Positions 21,185-33,959 of a stretch of DNA of 64,000 nt are shown here, in pieces. Origin of the DNA: Macrostomum hystrix (lineage: Eukaryota > Animalia > Platyhelminthes). Where the stretch lies: contig CATNEN010000029.1 in assembly GCA_950097015.1 (NCBI GenBank), positions 5,766,001-5,830,000 on the forward strand. The letters run 5' to 3'. The notes below the pieces were generated by a model. It searched no databases and was not told the DNA's origin. It worked only from the letters and a program-made list of their open reading frames with translations. Position 1 is the first letter of the stretch; each line of letters opens with the position of its first letter. Both the position numbers and the translations under genes were made by a program.

Positions 21185-21907
21185 GGTACCTGGACACATC
21201 GTCATCTTACAACTTCGTCATCCAGATGACAATCTGTCCAATATCTCAGAGGGTGGATGTCAAAGAGACTTAGACTTGCACGGACACTTCGTCATATATA
21301 AAACAAAAGTTTTCAAAGTTATAACAGAACCACCCCTCCCAGCCTCCCCACCCCTCCTCACATCGTGTTGGCACCTATCTTTCAACTCTTATATTTAAAT
21401 CAGTTCTGACACCTCCTTTTGACAATTTAGAGAGTGAAGTGTGTTCACACCACTGCCCTACCACCCCACTCTCACTTTATTGATGACAAAATTGATTGCT
21501 TGTTATTAGTAGATGACGAACTGACCAAACTTTAAAGCATGCCAATTGGCTGGATGACGAAGTGTCCTACCTTCATACATGCGCAACCTCCCAAATCTTA
21601 GCCGGCCGTGCGACTTAGTTTTTGCTCTCATTTGCGACTTAGTTCATTTCATTGCTCTATTTACGACTTAGTTTGCTCTCATTTGCTCTCTTTTTCTCTC
21701 CCCTTTTTCCTTTTCTTCACGCCTTCCTTTTTTGTCCCTTGGTCCCCCCTTTGATTTTTTTGCGCTTGGTCAATTGGTTTTTGCGACTTACCTTGCTTGG
21801 CCCTTGTTTCACCCGGCCGGTTCGGCCGGGTCGGCCGGGTGTTGCGCATGTATGCCTACCTTCCAAGTGGATGACAAAGTTGTAAGATGACGAAGTGTCT
21901 AGGATCC
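21185..21907. mobile_element. MITE-like non-autonomous DNA element (~720 bp) with ~40-bp imperfect TIRs
   Basis: The left end GGTACCTGGACACATCGTCATCTTACAACTTCGTCATCCA matches the reverse complement of the right end (GGATCCTAGACACTTCGTCATCTTACAACTTTGTCATCCA). Internal GATGACGAA sub-repeats. No clear TSD. Confidence 0.75.
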
Positions 21908-24494
21908 TCAAAAAGGTATCTAGAAGCAAGACCAGGCCTCAAAAAGCCTAGCATAAATAAAAAGTCTAGGCACTGAAATGCTTGGCAACCAATTACATCT
22001 AGTCTAGGCCCTAGTCTTAGGCCTTGGCCAAGAAGTATTTGATAGCATTAGCTAACCAGTACAGCAATAAGCTATTGAATTTAAATTCCTAGGCCTAACC
22101 CCAAGGGTATAAAGCTTACCAGGGCATAGGGGCCTAACTCATAACTTATAACTCATAATATCAGGGCATAAATTTTCATTAAGATGTAGTCATTTAATAA
22201 CTAGCTACTCTACTAGCTAGCTAGGCCTTCCAAGTCAATTATATAAAATAAATAGTCCCTAGGCCTAGCTTTAATTTCGTTTTTATTAGAAACTTAGATT
22301 TTTGTGTTTATATAAATATAAAAAATCACTATAGGGCGGGCTATTGAATGGAGTGTAAGTCAAATGAAATTAGCCAACCTACTACAGCTACTACGCCTAC
22401 TATAAAAGTGGAAATGGAATGATCTTCCAATCTGTTTTGTTTCTGATCTGTTTCTTCCAATAATTACTTTAAAATATGGTATTTTCGGATATCATACAAG
22501 ACGGCAATAGAGCTGAGCAGGGGATTGAGCTTTCTTGGCGTCTAGTCGGACAATAATTCACTGCTCGTTCACTCGTTCCCATTGAGACGGTGCGGGCAAA
22601 GGACCTTGTGACAAATAAACCTAGCCAGATATTAACCGCTACACCTCATGACTCGTCGTTTAGTTTAATTCCGTGACTTTCCGTCCCAACATATTCATTA
22701 AATAAAAGCTATACATTTGAATTTCGGTCCGTCCAATACATAAATTCATAGAAACAGGCATAGCTACAAGTAGTCGTGAAATTACGCAACTGCTTTCTCT
22801 AATTTTCTTCGAACAGAATCTCAACTTATTCGATAGACTGACTGTAAATGTTATTCAATAGACTGGAAATATAACTAGACGTTGAAAGCCTTCTGTGTTT
22901 GAGTTAATCGCAATTCAGTTTAAGTGAGTTTGTGAAACGTTTAATGCACTGCCCATTATTAAAAAAGACTAAATATGTTTCCCATATAACTTAAAATTAT
23001 TTTCCTTTATAAGGGAAATCGAGAGAAGTTTTAATTCTACGTTCTTTATTTTTAATGTGATGCACTAGATTTTTTTCTAATTCAACTTTCATTTCTGCCT
23101 CCTAAAAGGTGCCTTGATTCCCAGTTGAGAAATTTTGAGCGAAAGTTTAGCATGTACATCTGGAACCAGTACATGGTAAATCGGAATAAATGTACACTGA
23201 TCACAATTGACAATGCACAATTTCGTTTATATTACTCTGGGTCGTTTCCTACTTGTCCCATGTTTAATTGTGATCACGATCAATGATTTTGACTTTAAAG
23301 AGATGAAGCCAAAAAATTGTCGAATCAATTATTAGTGTTCGATGAAGTATGAAGTATGAAGCCGACCATCACACTGAGTCGTAGTGTGTATTTGTTTCCT
23401 GTGCTGCAATTTAATTTTGGAGTCAATCAAAATGAGAGAGTTTAAGGTGAAGCAGATGATAGTGATATAATGACAAGGTCTGAGGCTGCAGGAATAGTCT
23501 TACTAAATCGACTCGTGTATATTGACTTACTACTTATATTACTTTACTATTCTACGAGTACTTTGTTGCTTTACTAACATGTACCAGACTTGCATGAATC
23601 AAATATAATACTCGTAATAGTCCACCTAATTAGGTGCATTAACAGTTAAAAGTAATTGTTGCAGGCGAGATACTGAGTTATGAGTTATGATCGTGAGGGT
23701 GTCGCAGCATGGATCTAATTGGAGTTCACGCTTGCTGTTGTATGTCTGGCCGAGTGCCAAAACTGGCGCATGGGAGAAGAGAGAGACAGGAGAAGCAGAG
23801 AACAGGCCTCCCAATGTCAGCGCCTGATCCCTCTCGGCCTTGCGCGCGCCCCTCCCCCCATGTACTGTTGTCCCATTCCAACTGACGGTCCGTTCCTGCT
23901 CTGTCTGAAGCCGTCCTGAATAACCCTTTTGGGTATAGCAGCCGTACTTTGGCAAGACTTGCGCACTGGGAAATACACTGAAACACACATTGCGTAGAAC
24001 AGGATCGGCCCCCATTTGGATATTTGTGCAACAGCGGGGATTCCACCCAACCAGGACGGTGCCAAGATCTCATCATGCACATGCAACATAAATGCAGCGA
24101 TGGTCCATGAAATCTATAGATTGGGGGCTGGAGGAAGGGCGCTGACTCAGACACGCCCACGCAATATGTTGAAGAGGCCTGCACGTAGAGCTACGATCCC
24201 CTGCAGCTGTGGAGTTCCAATTGAAGGAAGACTTTTGTAGTGGACACTCGAACAGTTGCCAAGTCCCCTTCTACTGGTCCGGGAGTAGCGCCATCTTTGT
24301 ACTGATCTTCCACATTGGAGCATTGTTAAATGTACAGAAGCTAGTGCATCCGTACCTGAAGCTGTTCACTATAGCCTATATTGTCCGACCGCGTGCATGT
24401 AGGTACGTTACTTGCCAATAGTCTAGTTATTTTTTTTAGCAAAGATTGACGAAAAAAAGAATTGAAGATTTCGCCTTTACTCACAGAGGTTGCA

Positions 24495-24790
24495 TAAGTG
24501 TAGAGGATGAAACTGCCAGCAGAGGGACCACAAATGTAGAGGATAACGGCCAGCAGAGGGACCACAAGTGCAGAGGATATCTGCCAACAGAGGGACCACA
24601 AGGGTAGAGGATAAAACTGCCAACATAGGGACCACAAGTGCAGAGGATAACTACCAACAGAGGGACCACAAGTGTAGAGGACAACTGCCAACAGAGGTTG
24701 CACAAGTGTAGAGGACAACTGCCAACAGAGGGACAACAAGGGTAGAGGATAACTGCCAACAGAGGGACAACAAGGGTAGAGGATAAACAG
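24495..24790. repeat. Tandem array, ~34-bp unit AGAGGATAACTGCCAACAGAGGGACCACAAGTGT (~8 copies)
   Basis: Direct periodicity: GCCAAC at 24721 and 24755. Confidence 0.9.
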
Positions 24791-25688
24791 GGAAACAGGG
24801 AGGTTTTCTATGAATAGGTTATCTCTTGCCAGATTAAAAGAACAAAATACGAGTTCTAGCTCGTATCTGACCCAATTGTTGATTCCGTACGGTTCTAACC
24901 TGGATTGGATCACCTTTATCATCGTAACATGTGAAACTCCGGATATACAAACAGGATTTACAATCGAATTCGAACGGTCTCTTTTAAAAGCACAATAACC
25001 AAACGACAGCTAGCATATGATTAAACTGGAAAGCAGTCCCATGCACCCACCAGAGCGGACCCTTGCTGTGGTAACAGGGCATCCTAATGAATTTAATATC
25101 CAGATACAAGCTGAATGCTGTCGTGCAACAATTACTATTTGCCGCCCATATCAAAGAGCTGTGGGTGCGTAACAGTATAAGGGTTAAGGGTTAGTGAAGG
25201 AACTCAGTGTACGGTCAAACTCAGTGCAATTCCGCGGGGTGGGAGTCTCCACCGAAGCAACTAAGAGCAGGGCTATAAGCTCAGCTGGGTCGCATTCCAA
25301 CACTCCCTCCTGCCAGTGCGAGACTTTGCGTGGGAGGAGGGTGCAGTGAAAAAACACATTCTTAACACAGCATGCAATGAGCACATACTGTGCTTTGTGC
25401 ACTCACACTCACGCACACACGCACACACACGCACCAAGAAGGAGTGCTGTATAGGATTATACAGCACCAGTAAAAATCGCTAATAAACCAAGACCAAACA
25501 ATATAATCTTTGTCCGTCCCTGCAGTCAGGTAAAGTCAAGTGCAATCTGTTACAGCCATAAATTATGGACTAAATAATAAGAGCAACTGATGTCATTAAG
25601 GAAGCGATGAACAAAATGGGAAATGCACTCGCTATTTTAAATTAGTTCAGTACCGTTTTAAAGGTGTTTTTACACTTCATATAGGCAC

Positions 25689-27900
25689 CTGCACTAGCCA
25701 TGAGCCGTTGTCTTTCTTTCAGAGGCTTCAAGTTTCCGATTTCCTGCCGCAAACACATCCCCCCAGATGTGATGTGTGAGATTTCGCCGACAATTTCCTT
25801 CACCAGTTTCACCCACCCACTAAAAGCTACTACTTCCTACCTTTCTCTACTTTCCTGTGATTCTCCCATTTCCTAATAGTTTTCTCGGTTTCCTCGTCTA
25901 ACTGTTTTCCAACCATGCCAGAAAACAAAAGTTATGAATTAATGAACCATGATTCTAACCATGATTGACCCACCAACATCGGGCCCCAGCCTTTACAAAT
26001 CGCGCTCTAAGGCTAGCAACCTTCAACTGCTGAAACCTGCCTGGAGAAAGGGCATGCTCGCACAGCTGGCATCTGACCTGCGGCTGGACCTCGTCATGCT
26101 GCAGGAGGTGTCAATCACTGCTGAGTCTGGCCTACACCGTGAGGATCTGGGGCCGGCTGGACGCTGCACTACACGTCAGCGGACAGCAGAGGCCGCGGAG
26201 GAGTCGGCGTGCTTGTCGGACCACGGCTACGCGAGAGCATCTGCTGCGTCAGCCTGTCTGCCTGCTGCGCGTGGACTTGAGGCTGCGTCACGGCTTTTCT
26301 GTGCGTACGCTCCCACAGCTGCCCATCAGCAGTAGGCGCAGGTATTCTTCGAGTGCTGCGGGTGCCTGCGCTACCTGTTTGTGTCGCCACGCCAGAACGC
26401 CAACACCGCCGCGCTAGCGGACCTGATGGCGAGGCTCGACCTGGTGTCAGCCAACACGCGCTTCCGCAAACCGCCCCAACCGGCTGGCGACCTTCACCGG
26501 CTGCAAGCGAAGGAGGCGGAAAGCGCGAGGCCGATTCGCCACGACCCGCTTGGCGCAGCTCGACCACGTGCTGATTCGCCATCGCGAACGCAGCCGGCTG
26601 CAGAACTGCGACACAATGGAACCCCTGGCTGTCCGGTCCGACCATCGCCTGCTCTACTGCGACCTGAGGCTCTCTGATCCGCTGTACAGACCACCAAAAC
26701 GCCCTAGGAGAAGGCATTTCCGCGCCTTGCAAGACCCAGGCACCCGCCGCAAGTTTGCGTACGCCTTTGCGACCGCCCTGGGATCAGCGCAGGCGCCGGA
26801 CTACAGCACAATCAGCTCAGCCATCGCCACTGCCGCTGCCAAGACCCTGGCGCTTATGGAGCCCGCTTCACGGCAACTTCTAGTTTAGGCGAGCGACCCG
26901 GAGGTCGTTGATGCCCGCCGCACAGTTGAGCAGCTGTCATCCGGGCCGAAGCCCAGAGCCGCTGCAGGATGTCCTGCTGTGGACCTCGCTGGGACCGCGC
27001 AGGCGCGGCCAGGGACGATCAGTCCGCTATGTCGACCGTCTTTTTGAAGACGCGCGAGCACCCAGCCAGGCGGCCGGCGTGAAGCATGTTAGAGACCTGG
27101 CTCTGAAACGCGCGATTTTACGCTCCCCCCTCTTGACCACTTCTGTGGTCGGCGAGGGGCGTAACTATTATTATTATTTTTTATTATTATATTATTATTA
27201 TACGCTCGTATTATGATTCTAACCATGATCTTAAGGTTTCATTTCTCAAAAATGCAATGAGCAATTAGATCAGACAGTGGAGAGATGAGGCAGGGGAGAA
27301 ATGAGGCAGGGGAGGTAATATGTTTACAGCAGCCTGTGGACGGACTTTGGGAGTTTGTCGACTTCTGGCGCAAAGCCTTTTTGAATCCGGCAGTTTAATC
27401 TCACTGGCTAGTATTTTTAGCGCACCAAAATGCGTCAAAGCTGTTGCAAGGGATTCCCATGGCCTGTGGACCTACCACCAACACTTGCCCGAGCTAGGAG
27501 TTTCCTGTACTGGGCGGGCCACTCCATTTAAGGCCAATACGAAAAGAGGGTGTGGGGAGGTGCAGTAAACTTGGCTACAGCTATAGCCGCGGCTTGTATG
27601 CATATAAATATATAGTAAGGAGAAGGAGAGCCCACGCAAAAAACTCACGATTGCCGCTCTGAAGAGATTGCAGAGATATCCATGAGTATAAAACTCATCG
27701 TTTTTATTGACTGGTCCCTGTAAAATGGAAGGTTGAAACATCATCAGCTGAGGGTAAGCTACTGGCGAATGTTTGAGAGCTGGTGTCTCATCTCTTCTGC
27801 TGCTAGTCTTTGAAGCCTGATATTAGGTGGCCAGAGAGTACTACTCTTGAGGCCGCTCTTATCTTGAATGTTTGAGAAGTACTTCATATCATGGGCTACT
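25689..27900 (-). CDS. Candidate exons of an unidentified minus-strand gene (phase-compatible chain)
   Basis: Segments ~27900-27763, 27717-27649 and 25819-25689 are bounded by AG/GT and join in frame: GHEVAHDMKYFSNIQ...HQLSNIRQ / DQSIKTMSFILMDISAISSERQS / GWVKLVKEIVGEISHITSGGMCLRQEIGNLKPLKERQRLMASAG. I recognise no homolog, and one donor (GTAGCT) is weak. Confidence 0.3.
25966..27212 (+). mobile_element. Non-autonomous RTE-like LINE derivative: AP-endonuclease remnant fused to the C-terminal tail, reverse transcriptase absent
   Basis: 17-bp TSD ATGATTCTAACCATGAT at 25949-25965 and 27213-27229, and a (TAT)n tail. Frameshifted APE motifs: LDLVMLQEV, LFCAYAPT, QLDHVLI...SDHRLL. The 3' part (RRRGQGRSVRYVDRLFEDARAP...LALKRAI) is homologous to 58398-58860. 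Confidence 0.85.
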
Positions 27901-30850
27901 TCATGCCCTTATCAATCTGCTTCTTCATGCCCTTATCAATCTGCTTCTTCATGAGTTTATCAATCTGCTACTTCATGAGTTTATCAATCTGCTTCTTCAT
28001 GAGTTTATCAATCTGCTTCTTCATGCCCTTATCAATCTGCTTCTTCATGAGTTTATCAATCTGCTACTTCATGAGTTTATCAATCTGCTTCTTCATGCGT
28101 TATCAATCTGCTTCTTCATGAGTTTATCAATCTGCTTCTTCATGAGTTTATCAATCTGCTTCTTCATGAGTTTATCAATCTGCTTCTTCATGAGTTTATC
28201 AATCTGCTTCTTCATGAGTTTATCAGTCTGCTTCTTCATGAGTTTATCAATCTGCTTCTTCATGAGTTTATCAATCTGCTTCTTCATGAGTTTATCAATC
28301 TGCTTCTTCATGAGTTTATCAGTCTGCTTCTTCATAAGTTTATCAGTCTGCTTCTTCATGAGTTTATCAATCTGCTTCTTCATGAGTTTATCAATCTGCT
28401 TCTTCATGAGTTTATCAATCTGCTTCTTCATGAGTTTATCAATCTGCTTCTTCATGAGTTTATCAATCTGCTTCTTCATGAGTTTATCAATCTGCTTCTT
28501 CATGAGTTTATCAGTCTGCTTCTTCATGAGTTTATCAGTCTGCTTCTTCATGAGTTTATCAATCTGCTTCTTCATGAGTTTATCAGTCTGCTTCTTCATG
28601 AGTTTATCAATCTGCTTCTTCATGAGTTTATCAATCTGCTTCTTCATGAATTTATCAATCTGCTTCTTCATGAGTTTATCAATCTGCTTCTTCATGAGTT
28701 TATCAATCTGCTTCTTCATGAGTTTATCAATCTGCTTCTTCATGAGTTTATCAATCTGCTTCTTCATGAGTTTATCAGTCTGCTTCTTCATGAGTTTATC
28801 AATCTGCTTCTTCATGAGTTTATCAATCTGCTTCTTCATGAGTTTATCAATCTGCTTCTTCATGAGTTTATCAATCTGCTTCTTCATGAGTTTATCAATC
28901 TGCTTCTTCATGAGTTTATCAATCTGCTTCTTCATGAGTTTATCAATCTGCTTCTTCATGCCGTTATCAATCTGCTTCTTCATGAGTTTATCAATCTGCT
29001 TCTTCATGCCCTTATCAATCTGCTTCTTCATGAGTTTATCAATCTGCTTCTTCATGCCCTTTATCAATCTGCTTCTTCATGAGTTTATCAATCTGCTTCT
29101 TCATGAGTTTATCAATCTGCTTCTTCATGAGTTTATCAAGTCTGCTTCTTCATGAGTTTATCAATCTGCTTCTTCATGAGTTTATCAATCTGCTTCTTCA
29201 TGAGTTTATCAATCTGCTTCTTCATGAGTTTATCAATCTGCTTCTTCATGAGTTTATCAATCTGCTTCTTCATGCCCTTATCAATCTGCTTCTTCATGAG
29301 TTTATCAATCTGCTTCTTCATGAGTTTATCAATCTGCTTCTTCATGCCCTTATCAATCTGCTTCTTCATGAGTTTATCAATCTGCTTCTTCATGAGTTTA
29401 TCAATCTGCTTCTTCATGAGTTTATCAATCTGCTTCTTCATGAGTTTATCAGTCTGCTTCTTCATGAGTTTATCAATCTGCTTCTTCATGAGTTTATCAA
29501 TCTGCTTCTTCATGAGTTTATCAATCTGCTTCTTCATGAGTTTATCAATCTGCTTCTTCATGAGTTTATCAATCTGCTTCTTCATGAGTTTATCAATCTG
29601 CTTCTTCATGAGTTTATCAATCTGCTTCTTCATGAGTTATCAATCTGCTTCTTCATGAGTTTATCAATCTGCTTCTTCATGAGTTTATCAATCTGCTTCT
29701 TCATGAGTTTATCAATCTGCTTCTTCATGAGTTTATCAATCTGCTTCTTCATGAGTTTATCAATCTGCTTCTTCATGAGTTTATCAATCTGCTTCTTCAT
29801 GAGTTTATCAATCTGCTTCTTCATGAGTTTATCAATCTGCTTCTTCATGAGTTTATCAATCTGCTTCTTCATGAGTTTATCAATCTGCTTCTTCATGAGT
29901 TTATCAATCTGCTTCTTCATGAGTTTATCAATCTGCTTCTTCATGCCCTTATCAATCTGCTTCTTCATGAGTTTATCAGTCTGCTTCTTCATGAGTTTAT
30001 CAGTCTGCTTCTTCATGAGTTTATCAATCTGCTTCTTCATGAGTTTATCAATCTGCTTCTTCATGAGTTTATCAATCTGCTTCTTCATGAGTTTATCAAT
30101 CTGCTTCTTCATGAGTTTATCAATCTGCTTCTTCATGAGTTTATCAATCTGCTTCTTCATGCCCTTATCAATCTGCTTCTTCATGAGTTTATCAATCTGC
30201 TTCTTCATGAGTTTATCAATCTGCTTCTTCATGAGTTTATCAGTCTGCTTCTTCATGAGTTTATCAATCTGCTTCTTCATGAGTTTATCAATCTGCTTCT
30301 TCATGAGTTTATCAATCTGCTTCTTCATGAGTTTATCAATCTGCTTCTTCATGAGTTTATCAATCTGCTTCTTCATGCCCTTATCAATCTGCTTCTTCAT
30401 GAGTTTATCAATCTGCTTCTTCATGCCCTTATCAATCTGCTTCTTCATGAGTTTATCAGTCTGCTTCTTCATGAGTTTATCAGTCTGCTTCTTCATGAGT
30501 TTATCAATCTGCTTCTTCATGAGTTTATCAATCTGCTTCTTCATGAGTTTATCAATCTGCTTCTTCATGAGTTTATCAATCTGCTTCTTCATGAGTTTAT
30601 CAATCTGCTTCTTCATGAGTTTATCAATCTGCTTCTTCATGAGTTTATCAATCTGCTTCTTCATGAGTTTATCAATCTGCTTCTTCATGAGTTTATCAAT
30701 CTGCTTCTTCATGAGTTTATCAATCTGCTTCTTCATGAGTTTATCAATCTGCTTCTTCATGCCCTTATCAATCTGCTTCTTCATGAGTTTATCAATCTGC
30801 TTCTTCATGAGTTTATCAATCTGCTTCGTCATGAGTTTATCAATCTGCTT
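27899..30850. repeat. Large homogeneous tandem array, 24-bp unit ATGAGTTTATCAATCTGCTTCTTC (~120 copies)
   Basis: Direct periodicity, with variants GCCC for GAGT and CAGT for CAAT. It explains the (MSLSICFF)n, (LLHEFINL)n and (MKKQIDKL)n ORFs. Confidence 0.98.
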
Positions 30851-31400
30851 GGTCTACATATGGTGTAACACATCCTGAGCCAGGATTTAAAAAGCACAAT
30901 GAACTAACAGAGAAAACTGGCTTTAAGCTCCATGGGATTGTCCCACGCTTTTCCATGCTGAGCGGCGCTAGACCAGACCGTATTGCATTGCCAGTGAATC
31001 TGGAACATATCAGCAGGGGGGTATTTCCTAGGCCACTGCGAAATATTGCGAAGCTTGAATTGAGCATTTTTTAGCAAACAAGTCTCTAATCCTTAGATAG
31101 ATAGTCCCACACAGAATATGGGGTGCAACATTTGACACAAAATAGGCCGTATCGCCTTGCCGACACTCGGGCTGGGGAGTCACTGGAGGCATACTTTTCG
31201 GACAAGACTGCAGTTGCCGCAACTGCCGGGAGTCTGACATGGCGCAGCACCCTCGCCATTATCTGGGCCAGCAGAAAATGCGTCACCGACGGTATCTTTT
31301 TATCTACAGCCACACACTCACACTCTCTCTCTGCTTCTTAGGTTCTGAAATTAATTCATTCGTAATTAGAGATATGCGCGTTGCCCGTAGCCAAGCTATA

Positions 31401-32996
31401 GTGGAACAGATTCTGAAACTAGTGGAACAGGTTCTCAAACTGGTGGAACAGATTCTGAAACTAGTGGAACAGATTCTCAAACTGGTGGAACAGATTCTCA
31501 AACTGGTGGAACAGATTCTGAAACTAGTGGAACAGATTCTCAAACTGGTGGAACAGGTTCTCAAACTGGTGGAACAGATTCTCAAACTGGTGGAACAGAT
31601 TCTGAAACTAGTGGAACAGATTCTCAAACTGGTGGAACAGGTTCTCAAACTGGTGGAACAGATTCTCAAACTGGTGGAACAGATTCTCAAACTAGTGGAA
31701 CAGATTCTCAAACTGGTGGAACAGATTCTCAAACTAGTGGAACAGATTCTGAAACTGGTGGAACAGATTCTCAAACTGGTGGAACAGATTCTCAAACCGG
31801 TGGAACAGATTCTCAAACTGGTGGAACAGATTCTCAAACTGGTGGAATAGGTTCTAAAACTAGTGGAACAGGTTCTCAAACTAGTGGAACAGATTCTGAA
31901 ACTAGTGGAACAGATTCTGAAACTGGTGGAACAGATTCTCAAACTGGTGGAACAGATTCTCAAACTAGTGGAACAGATTCTCAAACTGGTGGAACAGATT
32001 CTCAAACTGGTGGAACAGATTCTCAAACTGGTGGAACAGATTCTCAAACTGGTGGAACAGATTCTCAAACTGGCGGAACAGATTCTCAAACTGGTGGAAC
32101 ATATTCTCAAACTGGTGGAACAGATTCTCAGACTGGTGGAACAGATTCTCAAACTTGTGGAACAGATTCTCAAACTGGTGGAACAGATTCTCAAACTGGT
32201 GGAACAGGTTCTCAAACTGGTGGAACAGATTCTCAAACTGGTGGAACAGATTCTCAGACTGGTGGAACAGGTTCTCAAACTGGTGGAACAGATTCTCAAA
32301 CTGGTGGAACAGGTTCTCAAACTGGTGGAACAGATTCTCAGACTGGTGGAACAGATTCTCAAACTTGTGGAACAGATTCTCAAACTGGTGGAACAGATTC
32401 TCAAACTGGTGGAACAGATTCTCAAACTGGTGGAACAGATTCTCAAACTGGTGGAACAGATTCTCAAACTGGTGGAACAGATTCTGAAACTGGTGGAACA
32501 GATTCTCAAACTGGTGGAACAGATTCTCAAACTGGCGGAACAGATTCTCAAACTGGTGGAACAGATTCTTAAACCGGTGGAACAGATTCTCAAACTTGTG
32601 GAACAGATTCTCAAACTGGTGGAACAGATTCTCAAACTGGTGGAACAGATTCTCAAACTGGTGGAACAGATTCTCAAACTTGTGGAACAGATTCTCAAAC
32701 TGGTGGAACAGATTCTCAAACTGGCGGAACAGATTCTCAAACTGGTGGAACAGGTTCTCAAACTGGTGGAACAGATTCTTAAACCGGTGGAACAGATTCT
32801 CAAACTTGTGGAACAGATTCTCAAACTGGTGGAACAGGTTCTCAAACTGGTGGAACAGATTCTCAAACTGGTGGAACAGATTCTCAAACTGGCGGAACAG
32901 ATTCTCAAACTGGTGGAACAGATTCTTAAACCGGTGGAACAGATTCTCAAACTGGTGGAACAGATTCTCAAACTGGTGGAACAGATTCTCAAAGTG
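31401..32996. repeat. Tandem array, 21-bp unit GTGGAACAGATTCTCAAACTG (~76 copies)
   Basis: Direct periodicity. It explains the (LVEQILK)n, (WWNRFSN)n and (TSLRICS)n ORFs. Confidence 0.98.
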
Positions 32997-33299
32997 GTAA
33001 TGAGGTTATGAAAACGAAAAAAACTAATTGTCCGTTGATCTACCCGTTCATTCCAGAAGCTGCCGTGCCGTGCACCCTCTCCTGCCATCGCCGTCTTTGG
33101 GATGCATATTGTAACCCGAGCTTTTAAGACGAGGAAATCACAGCATTTTTATTGTTAGACTTTCTTAATTAATTAGAGAAAATGAGAAGGCGAACTAGAA
33201 CAGTGGTTTGAAGTGTTAAAAATGAGCTTTCGGCTGTCTACTAGACTCCAATCCACGAGACTCTTGTCTTCCGGACTCCTATCTATACCATACTACTAT

Positions 33300-33470
33300 T
33301 TAGCAGACTCCTGTCTACCAGATTCCTATCTACCAGACTCCCATCTATCAGACTCCTATCTACAAGACTACTGTCTTCCAGACTCCTATCTTCCAGACTC
33401 CTATCTACCAGACTCCTATCTACCAGACTCCTATCTACCAGACTCCTATCTACCAGACTCCTATCTTACG
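33300..33470. repeat. 15-bp tandem repeat CCAGACTCCTATCTA (~11 copies); degenerate relatives at ~35100-35270
   Basis: Direct periodicity (DSYLP in the ORF track). Confidence 0.88.
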
Positions 33471-33959
33471 AGAATAGCAGATTTTGGCTTTGTTTTTTAC
33501 TGTGCAATAATACTTGTAGTTTGGTTATTTGCCGAGTAAAACTATCTTCCAAGTGCATGCTGTTGTAGCTAGAACACATTTGAAAGGTGAAATGCTTAAT
33601 TCTCAGTATTGCTATCCCAGTCCACAATTAGTTCTATTATTTTCAATAATTTTTCATTGTTTAGTTTTCAGGCTAAGTGTTAACAGTAGCCAAAGCCTGT
33701 GCTGTTTCTACTCGACTGTAAATGAATAATGATTCGAGAACCGAACGGAACTCGAAGATTCGAACTGCCGATACCTCTGCGACTCGCCCGGATCTGGAGC
33801 AGTCTGAGCTCCAGACTTCGAGTGCAGTCTTGTAAATTCTGGATCCCACCTTGGCCCAAAATTATTGTTACTGTGTTCGTGTTTCACACCTGATTGCTTT
33901 CTTATGTGCACCTGTTGCTATCAGCTTTTTTTCTGCCAGAGCCAAGAAAATAAGCCACC

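Noticed and set aside
24468-24490. U5 snRNA loop-like TCGCCTTTACT
   Set aside because: The match is short and imperfect, with no flanking stem or Sm site.
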